Shown piece by piece: positions 9,930-17,899 of a stretch of DNA of 31,117 nt (positions are counted from its first letter, which is position 1; the number at the start of each line of letters is the position of its first letter). The translations under genes and the position numbers were made by a program. Under the pieces are notes generated by a model. That model was given only the letters and a program-made list of their open reading frames with translations, was not told the DNA's origin and did no database searches. Source of the stretch: Micropepsaceae bacterium (GTDB lineage: Bacteria > Pseudomonadota > Alphaproteobacteria > Micropepsales > Micropepsaceae); NCBI GenBank assembly GCA_025450355.1, contig JANWHR010000157.1:1-31117 (forward strand), in the 5' to 3' direction.

Positions 9930-12038
9930 GTGTGGACTTTCCCGGCACGCCTCGATCAGGGAACGCCCCATCCTCTGGGCGCGACGTGGGATGGGCTGGG
10001 AACAAACTTCGCCGTCTTTTCCGCTGGCGCCGGGAAAATCGAACTTTGTATTTTCGATGCTGCCGGCAAGCGCGAAATGCAGCGTTTTGTTTTGCCCTGC
10101 TTCAATGGCGAAGTGTGGCACGGCTACCTGCCGGATGCCGGGCCGGGGCTGGTTTACGGCTATCGGGCATACGGACCCTATGAGCCAAAGAACGGCAAGC
10201 GTTTCAATCATCACAAGCTGCTGTTGGATCCCTATGCACGGCAATTGACCGGGCGATTGCGTTGGACGGATGCACTCTTCGGTTATCGCATCCGATCGCA
10301 TAGTGCAGACCTTTCCTTCGATCGCAGGGATTCCGCCCCCGCCATGGTGAAGGCCGTTGTCGCGGCCGGGGAATTCAACTGGCAGGACGACAAACGCCCC
10401 CAAACGCCATGGGATGACACCATCATCTATGAATTGCATCCCAGGGGGTTTTCCCAATTGTTTGAGGCGATCGCTCCGCAGGAGCGAGGCAAACTCGCCG
10501 CGCTCAGCCGCCCGCCAGTGATTGCACATCTGCAGCGCCTGGGAGTCACGGCCGTCGAATTGATGCCCGTGCACGCATTTCTGCGGGATCGTTATCTCGT
10601 GGATCGCAACCTCACCAATTACTGGGGTTACAGCACACTGGCGTTTTTTGCGCCTGAACCTGCCTGGCTGATCGATAGCGCCGATGAATTGCGGATCGCG
10701 GTTCGGCGGCTGCATGCAGCCGGAATCGAGGTTCTGCTGGATGTGGTTTACAACCACACCTGTGAAGGCAGTGAACTGGGACCAACCCTGTCCTGGCGCG
10801 GTTTCGCAAATGACGCCTATTATCGTCTGGCCGAAGACCGCCGCTACCTGATCAATGACACCGGTACGGGAAATTGCCTCAATCTCAACCATGCCCGCGT
10901 GCTGCAGATGGTCATGGATTCCCTGCGCTATTGGGCTGAATCGTTTCATGTGGATGGATTCCGCTTTGATCTCGGCGCAGCTCTCGGCCGGGAGGCCTGG
11001 GGGTTTGATCCCGGGTCAGGCTTTTTTGATGCGATCCGCCAGGATCCCGTTCTGTCGCAGTTGAAGTTGATTTCAGAACCATGGGATCCCGGGCCTGGCG
11101 GTTATCAGCTTGGCAATCACCCTCCGCCCTTTGCCGAATGGAACGACCGTTATCGCGATACGGTTCGGCGCTATTGGCGTGGCGATCCGGGGATTCGCCC
11201 CGAACTGGCCAGCCGGATATCCGGGTCGGCCGACATCTTTCCTCCACCACTGCGCAACGGCTGGTGCTCGATCAATTTTGTCACGAGCCATGACGGAATG
11301 ACGCTGGCGGATCTCGTCACCTATGAGCAAAAACACAACGAAGCGAATGGTGAGGAGAATCGCGATGGCGCGGAGGAGAACTTTTCCTCGAACTGGGGCG
11401 AAGAAGGGGCAACGGCCGATCCTGGAATCAATGAAATCCGCCAGCGCGTGTTGCGGTCGATCCTGTTGACGATGTTCACCTCGCGTGGCACGCCGATGCT
11501 TCTCGCCGGCGATGAATTCGGGCGCAGTCAGAACGGCAACAACAATGCCTACTGCCAGGACAATGAGATTTCGTGGCTGAACTGGAATGATGCGAATGGC
11601 GAATCTGGCAAACTTCTAATCATGCTGGTCAGCCGGATGATTGCGATACGCAAAACATTTTCATTTCTTCTTTCGTCCGTCCGCCGCTTTGATACCGAGG
11701 CACTGGAAGGCACTGCAATCGAGTGGCTGGATGAGCGCAATCTGCGGCTTTCGGAACAGGATTGGGATAACCGCGAAGGCCGGGCACTCGTCGCGAGATT
11801 TTCCGGCCGGCGGCCGGATGAAAAAACGGAAGTTCTGGCTCTGCTCATGAATGCCTCCGGGGGCGACCTGGAATTCAAACTGCCGGATTCCGTTCGCTGG
11901 TCGGTCCTCGTGGATACGGCAGATGCCAACCGGGCAATGTTCGAAATCGAAAACGGCAGCTATTGCGTTCGCGATCGTGCCGCCGTGCTGATTAACACGG
12001 TGGCTGATAAGCCGCTGGTCTCAGGTGAAGCGCCTTGA
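9930..12038 (+). CDS. glgX: Glycogen debranching enzyme (isoamylase-type)
   Basis: PHPLGATWDG, NYWGYSTLAFFAP, LDVVYNHT, VDGFRFDL, ISEPWDPG, NFVTSHDGMTL, QNGNNNAYCQDN. Confidence 0.95.
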   Translation: MWTFPARLDQGTPHPLGATWDGLGTNFAVFSAGAGKIELCIFDAAGKREMQRFVLPCFNGEVWHGYLPDAGPGLVYGYRAYGPYEPKNGKRFNHHKLLLDPYARQLTGRLRWTDALFGYRIRSHSADLSFDRRDSAPAMVKAVVAAGEFNWQDDKRPQTPWDDTIIYELHPRGFSQLFEAIAPQERGKLAALSRPPVIAHLQRLGVTAVELMPVHAFLRDRYLVDRNLTNYWGYSTLAFFAPEPAWLIDSADELRIAVRRLHAAGIEVLLDVVYNHTCEGSELGPTLSWRGFANDAYYRLAEDRRYLINDTGTGNCLNLNHARVLQMVMDSLRYWAESFHVDGFRFDLGAALGREAWGFDPGSGFFDAIRQDPVLSQLKLISEPWDPGPGGYQLGNHPPPFAEWNDRYRDTVRRYWRGDPGIRPELASRISGSADIFPPPLRNGWCSINFVTSHDGMTLADLVTYEQKHNEANGEENRDGAEENFSSNWGEEGATADPGINEIRQRVLRSILLTMFTSRGTPMLLAGDEFGRSQNGNNNAYCQDNEISWLNWNDANGESGKLLIMLVSRMIAIRKTFSFLLSSVRRFDTEALEGTAIEWLDERNLRLSEQDWDNREGRALVARFSGRRPDEKTEVLALLMNASGGDLEFKLPDSVRWSVLVDTADANRAMFEIENGSYCVRDRAAVLINTVADKPLVSGEAP

Positions 12039-13951
12039 GCGACAGCGCGCTTGAACGGCTCGCGACAAAGGCCGGGCTGGAAGTGCAATGGACCGATATT
12101 ACGGGTCAACAGCACACCGTTGCACCGGATGTGCTTCGCCAGGTACTGACCTCACTCGGTTATGCGGTATCCAACGGACAACAGATTGCCGACTGCGAAG
12201 CCTGGCTGGACAGTCAGGCTCGTCAGCCGGCGGAATTCCTGACCGCCTGGGCCGGCGAGCAATTTAGCATCGGACCGCATCGATTGCAGGCGCCCACTGC
12301 GCCTGGGCATCACGAATTCCATGTGGATGGTGTGCCGGTCACAGTAGTCGTGGCGCCTCCGCGCTGCTTCGGTACATGGGACATGACCGGCGGGCGCCTC
12401 GCCGGTTTGGCCGTGCAGCTTTATTCCCTGCATGGCGGCAACAGTGCCGGGTTCGGAGATTTCGCCGCGCTGGCGGGATTTTGCGCCTCCGCGGCAAGGC
12501 ACGGCATTGACGCCGTCGCTTGCAGTCCCGTCCATGCCCTGTTTCCGGCCAATCCGTTGCATTTTACTCCCTATAGTCCGTCAAGCCGTCTGTTTCTCAA
12601 TCCCGTCTATGCCGATCCCGCCGTTTGCGGTGGAACGATCCAACAGGGTGGCGATAACAAGCCGCTGATCGACTGGCCTGCTGTGGCGGAAGAGAAATTT
12701 GCAATTCTCAGGAACGCCTATGCAGAATTTGATGCCTATGAAAATCCGGCTTTCCTGAAATTCTGCGAAGACGGCGGCGAGCGATTGCAGCGGCATGCGC
12801 TGTTCGAGATTCTGGATGGTCATTTTCAGAAACAGAATTTTTGCTCATGGCGAGACTGGCCCGCGGCGTATCGCGATCCTGAAAACGCCGAGGTCCTGCG
12901 CTTTGCGGCCATCCATCAGGACGAAATCGCTTTTGTCATGTTCATGCAGTTTGTCACCGCGATCAGCGCGGCGCGCGCCCAGGAACAGGCACGGCTGTCC
13001 GGAATGAAAATTGGCATTGTTGCCGATATCGCGACCGGAATTGATCCGGCGGGAAGCGACTGCTGGTCCTCGCCCGATGACGTTCTGAACGGATTGCGGA
13101 TCGGGGCGCCCCCGGACCTGTTCAATGCCGCGGGCCAGAACTGGGGGATCACGGCTCTTTCGCCCGTGCGATTGCGGAAAAACCGTTTCGAAGCCTTCAC
13201 CTCGCTACTGCGGGCCAATATGGCCTATGCGGGAGGCGTGCGGATCGATCACGCAATGGGGCTGATGCGGCTCTGGGTCATACCCGAGGGGGCCGACGCT
13301 GCCCACGGCGTTTACCTGCGCTATCCGTTCGACGATTTGCTTCGGCTGATCTCGCTTGAATCGCATCGCTCGCGCGCGATTGTCATCGGCGAGGATCTCG
13401 GTACCGTTCCCTATGGATTCAGCGATACGCTTGCGCAACGGGGTATGCTCGGCATGCAGGTGCTCTGGTTTCAGACGCAGGAGCAGGAGGAATTCATGCG
13501 GCCGGCGAATTGGCGCCGGGATTCTGTTGCGATGACCACCACCCACGATCTGCCGACCGTTGCAGGCTGGTGGATCGGGCGGGACATCGAGTGGCGCGTG
13601 AAGACCGGCCGCCACACCATCAAGGGCGCCGATACCGAGGATAGGGAGGAACGAAAGCGCATGAAAGCAAACCTGTGGTCGGTTCTGGTTGCTGAGCATT
13701 GTGCCGGTCGCGGACCTCAGCCTTCCGCGCCCGAAACCGTGGTTGACGGCGCCATCCAGTTCATCGGCAAAACGCCTTGCCGTCTCGCCATCGTCCCCGC
13801 CGAAGATCTCTGTGGATGCGAGGAACAGCCCAATCTTCCCGGCACCACCACACAGCACCCAAACTGGCAGCGTCGCCTTCCGCCTGGCGATTTCTTTTCC
13901 CGTGCCCATGTGGCCGATCGCATTGACCGGTTGGTGCGCGCACGGTCATGA
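12035..13951 (+). CDS. malQ: 4-alpha-glucanotransferase (amylomaltase, GH77)
   Basis: GFGDF, PYSPSSRLFLN, GAPPDLFNAAGQNWG, GGVRIDHAMG, IGEDLGTVP, TTTHDLPT, QPNLPGT...NWQRRL. TTGA overlap with glgX. Confidence 0.95.
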   Translation: MSDSALERLATKAGLEVQWTDITGQQHTVAPDVLRQVLTSLGYAVSNGQQIADCEAWLDSQARQPAEFLTAWAGEQFSIGPHRLQAPTAPGHHEFHVDGVPVTVVVAPPRCFGTWDMTGGRLAGLAVQLYSLHGGNSAGFGDFAALAGFCASAARHGIDAVACSPVHALFPANPLHFTPYSPSSRLFLNPVYADPAVCGGTIQQGGDNKPLIDWPAVAEEKFAILRNAYAEFDAYENPAFLKFCEDGGERLQRHALFEILDGHFQKQNFCSWRDWPAAYRDPENAEVLRFAAIHQDEIAFVMFMQFVTAISAARAQEQARLSGMKIGIVADIATGIDPAGSDCWSSPDDVLNGLRIGAPPDLFNAAGQNWGITALSPVRLRKNRFEAFTSLLRANMAYAGGVRIDHAMGLMRLWVIPEGADAAHGVYLRYPFDDLLRLISLESHRSRAIVIGEDLGTVPYGFSDTLAQRGMLGMQVLWFQTQEQEEFMRPANWRRDSVAMTTTHDLPTVAGWWIGRDIEWRVKTGRHTIKGADTEDREERKRMKANLWSVLVAEHCAGRGPQPSAPETVVDGAIQFIGKTPCRLAIVPAEDLCGCEEQPNLPGTTTQHPNWQRRLPPGDFFSRAHVADRIDRLVRARS

Positions 13952-15622
13952 CGAGATATTAGCGGGCGCGCGCGAACCGGTAAACACGCCGGACAGTAGT
14001 TCCTGTGCCTCGTTCTGAATCTCCTTCAGGTGCTGCTCGCTCCGGAAGCTCTCGGCATAAATCTTGTAGACTTCTTCTGTCCCGGAGGGCCGCGCGGCAA
14101 ACCAGCCGTTCTCGGCCGTTACCTTGACGCCGCCAATCGGCTGCCCGTTCCCGGGCGCTGCCGACAGAATGCTCCGGACCGGCTCGCCCGCAAGTTGCCG
14201 TACGGTCAGCTGGTCCGGCCTCAGGGATTTCAGGATCATCTTCTGCTCAGTGGTAGCGGGAGCATCGATCCTTTCGTAGTAGGAATGCCCAAGTTCCATG
14301 CCCAGAAGATCATAAAGCTCTCCCGGGTCCTTACCCGATCGCGCGGTGATTTCGGCCGACAGCAGTGCCATCGCAATACCGTCCTTATCTGTCGTCCACA
14401 CCGTCCCGTCACGGCGCAGGAAGGATGCTCCCGCGCTCTCTTCGCCGCCGAATCCGATTGTCCCCTGATACAGGCCCGGTACAAACCATTTGAATCCGAC
14501 CGGAACCTCCAGCAGTGGCCGGTCAAGTTGCGCCGCGACGCGGTCGATCATGCTGGAGCTCACGATCGTTTTGCCAATACCAAGCTTCGGTCGCCATTGA
14601 GCCCTGTTCCGGTAGAGATAGGAGACTGCGACGGTAAGATAGGCGTTCGGGCTCATGAGGCCGCCGGAGCGGCACACGATGCCGTGCCGGTCACCGTCGG
14701 TATCGGTAGCGAACGCCACGTCAAAATGATCGCGCATTTGAATCAGACGCGCCATCGCGTAAGGCGAGGAGCAATCCATGCGAATCTTGCCGTCCCAATC
14801 TGCGGTCATGAAGCGGAAGGACGGGTCGATCACATCGTTCACCACAGCGGCCGATATCCCAAATCGCTCGACGATCGGCTGCCAAACCTGAACGGTCGCG
14901 CCGCCGAGCGGATCGATGCCGATGTTTATGCCCTCCGACTTGATCGCTTCCATGTCGATAATGCTTGGCAGATCAGACGTATAGGCGGCGATGTAGTCGT
15001 AACGGCGAACGCAGTCGGCTTTTCGGGCACGGCTGAAGGGAAGGCGGCGGACATCGCGCAGTCCGTTTGCGATCAGTTCATTTGCCGTGTCCTGAATCCA
15101 GCCGGTGATGTCTACATCCGCCGGTCCGCCATCGGGCGGGTTGTACTTGAATCCCCCATCCTCCGGCGGATTATGCGATGGCGTTATGACGATCCCGTCG
15201 GCCAACCCGCTCGTGCGGCCGCGGTTGTGTGTCAGTATTGCGTGGGAGACCAGCGGAGTGGGCGTGTAGCCATCGCTGCTGTCGAGCATGGTGGCGACCC
15301 CGTTGGCTGCAAGCACTTCCACGGTGCTGGCCAAAGCGGGTTCGGAAAGCGCGTGCGTATCCATTCCGACGAAAAGTGGGCCATCGAAACCCTTACTCTT
15401 TCGATAGCTGCAGATCGCCTGCGTGGTCGCGAGAATATGCGCCTCGTTAAATGCTGAATTGAAAGCCGAACCGCGATGCCCAGACGTTCCAAATGCAACC
15501 CGTTGCGCGGCAATGGAGGAATCGGGTTGCAGGAGAAAGTAAGCGGCCGTGAGTCTCGGAACATTGACCAGCATCGAAGCGGGTAGGGGTTTTCCGGCCA
15601 GCGGACTTATTCTGTTGGCCAT
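13946..15622 (-). CDS. pgm: Phosphoglucomutase (alpha-D-glucose-1,6-bisphosphate dependent), about 558 aa
   Basis: FGTSGHRGS, ITPSHNPP (phospho-Ser), DTDGDRHG (metal loop), GEESAGASF, ARPSGTEEVYKIYAESF. Start ATG at 15622 with SD AGGAG at 15633-15629; the ORF-track extension to 15877 lacks homology. Confidence 0.96.
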   Translation of the reverse strand: MANRISPLAGKPLPASMLVNVPRLTAAYFLLQPDSSIAAQRVAFGTSGHRGSAFNSAFNEAHILATTQAICSYRKSKGFDGPLFVGMDTHALSEPALASTVEVLAANGVATMLDSSDGYTPTPLVSHAILTHNRGRTSGLADGIVITPSHNPPEDGGFKYNPPDGGPADVDITGWIQDTANELIANGLRDVRRLPFSRARKADCVRRYDYIAAYTSDLPSIIDMEAIKSEGINIGIDPLGGATVQVWQPIVERFGISAAVVNDVIDPSFRFMTADWDGKIRMDCSSPYAMARLIQMRDHFDVAFATDTDGDRHGIVCRSGGLMSPNAYLTVAVSYLYRNRAQWRPKLGIGKTIVSSSMIDRVAAQLDRPLLEVPVGFKWFVPGLYQGTIGFGGEESAGASFLRRDGTVWTTDKDGIAMALLSAEITARSGKDPGELYDLLGMELGHSYYERIDAPATTEQKMILKSLRPDQLTVRQLAGEPVRSILSAAPGNGQPIGGVKVTAENGWFAARPSGTEEVYKIYAESFRSEQHLKEIQNEAQELLSGVFTGSRAPANISS

Positions 15623-15678
15623 CTGATACTCCTCGGAACTCGCAGGACCCCCAGCCGGGCGACGGGGACGCGGGCCAC

Positions 15679-15703
15679 AACGCGCCTTATCCGCTTCTGT
15701 TCC
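15679..15703 (-). promoter_or_regulatory. EcfG/sigmaT-type promoter for pgm
   Basis: Perfect GGAAC(15703-15699)-N16-CGTT(15682-15679), 56 nt upstream of the pgm ATG. Confidence 0.75.
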
Positions 15704-15849
15704 CGTGGTGTCTCTGCAATAATTTCCCTCTTCACGGACTGCGCAATGTTGGTTACGCAGAACCCCACATCTGCCGTGCAAGTCGCTTCCCCGGCACAGT
15801 CGCACGGTGTCCAAAACCCATGCCGGCGAAATGACAGAGGTTGAAATTC

Positions 15850-17898
15850 GTGACGGAAACACCGCGAGCCAATTCAATTGATCAGCTTGCCATCAACACC
15901 ATCCGGACGCTTTCCATGGATGCGGTGGAGGCGGCGCAATCAGGACATCCCGGCACACCGATGGCGTTAGCGCCCGTGATCTACACGCTGTGGCAACAGG
16001 CACTGCGTTACGATCCGGGTAATGTTGCCTGGCCAGATCGCGACCGCTTCGTCCTGTCGGCAGGGCACGCCTCCATGCTGCTTTATTCCGTGCTACACCT
16101 TGCAGGCGTCAAAGATTCACAGGGCCGCCCCGCCATCACGCTGGACGATATTCGCCACTTCCGCCAGGTCGGCAGTCCGTGCGCCGGCCATCCGGAATAC
16201 CGGCACGCGGCGGGGATCGAAACCACAACGGGGCCGCTGGGACAGGGCTGCGGCAACAGCGTGGGAATGGCCATCGCGGCCCGATTCCTCGGCCAGCGCT
16301 ATAACCGGCCCGAATTCACCGCCTTCGATTACGACGTCTACGCGTTGTGTAGCGACGGCGATATGATGGAAGGCGTCTCATCCGAGGCCGCATCGATCGC
16401 CGGGCATTTGAGGCTCGGCAATCTCTGCTGGATGTACGACAACAACAGCATCAGCATCGAAGGCAGTACGTCGCTCGCGTTCAGCGAAGATGTCGGCGCC
16501 CGGTTCCGTGCCTACGGTTGGCACGTGGAGCACCTCCGGGACGCGAACGATTGCGATGCCATCGCAACCGCTCTCCAGCGATTCAGGCAGGATCGCAGCG
16601 CGCCGTGGTTGATCGTTATCGACAGCCATATCGCTTATGGCGCACCTCACAAGCACGACAGCGCCTCCGCCCATGGTGAACCACTGGGCGAATCGGAAGT
16701 GAAACTGGCAAAGCGCTTCTATGGCTGGCCCGAAGACGCAAAATTTCTCGTGCCGGAGGGAGCGCGTGAAGGTTTTGACGCGAAGCTCGGCGAACGCGGA
16801 CGTAGGCTCAGTGCGGACTGGAATCGCGGATTGAACAAATACAGGCAGATTTATCCCGATCTCGCGCGCGAACTCGATCAGATGCAAGCGGGGGAGATTC
16901 CGGCCGGCTGGGATGAGTCGCTGCCCGAATTTCCCGCCGACGCCAAAGGAATGGCCACCCGCGAGGCATCCGGTAAAATCCTGAATGCGATTGCACCCCA
17001 TTATCCGTGGCTGCTCGGTGGTTCCGGCGACCTCGCCCCGTCAACAAAAACGCTGATTGCCAACGGCGGTGATTTCGAGCGCGAGCAATCCGGGCGCAAT
17101 CTGCACTTTGGCGTGCGTGAACACGGAATGGGCGCGATCACAAACGGAATTGCGCTCTGCCATCTGCGACCGTATTGCGCCACCTTTCTCATTTTCTCCG
17201 ATTACATGCGCCCCTCCATCCGGCTTGCCGCCATGATGGGCTTGCCGGTCATCTATATCTTCACCCACGACTCGATTGGGCTTGGCGAAGACGGCCCAAC
17301 GCATCAGCCCGTTGAGCAGCTCGTCGGGCTGCGCGCCATACCGGGACTTGTCACCATCCGGCCCTGCGATGCCAACGAGGTGCGGGAGGCCTGGCGCTTT
17401 GCGATCGGCTCAAAACGTCCCACGGCATTCAGTTTCAGCCGCCAAACCCTGCCGGTGCTCGACCGCAAGCTCTATGCGCCGGCATCGGGCCTGTCCCGCG
17501 GCGCCTACGTGCTCGCAGATAGCGCGAATGGCGCGCCCGATGTGATTCTCATTGGGACCGGAAGCGAGATTGCGCTTTGCCTCGCCGCCCGTGAGATGCT
17601 GGCAAGTGGTCGAATTCGCGCCCGTGTGGTCAGCATGCCAAGTTGGGAATTGTTCGAGGAACAGGACGAGAGCTATCGCGATGAGGTCCTGCCACCCGGT
17701 ATCCGCGCCCGCGTTTCCGTGGAGGCCGCATCTCCGGTCGGCTGGGATCGCTATGTCGGGCCAGATGGCGCGCGCATCGCGATGAACAGTTTCGGCGCCT
17801 CGGGCCCCTATCAGGACGTGTACCGTCACTTCCACTTCACCGTCGATCATATTGTTGACACGGCGAAGGAGCAGCTTGCGCGCAACAAGGGTGGTTGA
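15850..17898 (+). CDS. tkt: Transketolase
   Basis: SGHPG, DRDRFVLSAGHAS, ETTTGPLGQG, SDGDMMEG (ThDP motif), HFGVREHGM, THDSIGLGEDGPTHQP. GTG 15850 sits 9 nt after SD GAGG; alternative TTG 15841. Confidence 0.97.
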   Translation: MTETPRANSIDQLAINTIRTLSMDAVEAAQSGHPGTPMALAPVIYTLWQQALRYDPGNVAWPDRDRFVLSAGHASMLLYSVLHLAGVKDSQGRPAITLDDIRHFRQVGSPCAGHPEYRHAAGIETTTGPLGQGCGNSVGMAIAARFLGQRYNRPEFTAFDYDVYALCSDGDMMEGVSSEAASIAGHLRLGNLCWMYDNNSISIEGSTSLAFSEDVGARFRAYGWHVEHLRDANDCDAIATALQRFRQDRSAPWLIVIDSHIAYGAPHKHDSASAHGEPLGESEVKLAKRFYGWPEDAKFLVPEGAREGFDAKLGERGRRLSADWNRGLNKYRQIYPDLARELDQMQAGEIPAGWDESLPEFPADAKGMATREASGKILNAIAPHYPWLLGGSGDLAPSTKTLIANGGDFEREQSGRNLHFGVREHGMGAITNGIALCHLRPYCATFLIFSDYMRPSIRLAAMMGLPVIYIFTHDSIGLGEDGPTHQPVEQLVGLRAIPGLVTIRPCDANEVREAWRFAIGSKRPTAFSFSRQTLPVLDRKLYAPASGLSRGAYVLADSANGAPDVILIGTGSEIALCLAAREMLASGRIRARVVSMPSWELFEEQDESYRDEVLPPGIRARVSVEAASPVGWDRYVGPDGARIAMNSFGASGPYQDVYRHFHFTVDHIVDTAKEQLARNKGG

Positions 17899-17899
17899 T

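Noticed and set aside
14030-15457. 475-aa plus-strand ORF
   Set aside because: Lies wholly antisense to the highly conserved pgm; no recognisable motifs; long shadow ORFs are expected in GC-rich coding DNA.
15759-15784. AGAAC-N17-AGTC upstream of tkt as an ECF promoter
   Set aside because: Mismatches in both elements; too weak to call.
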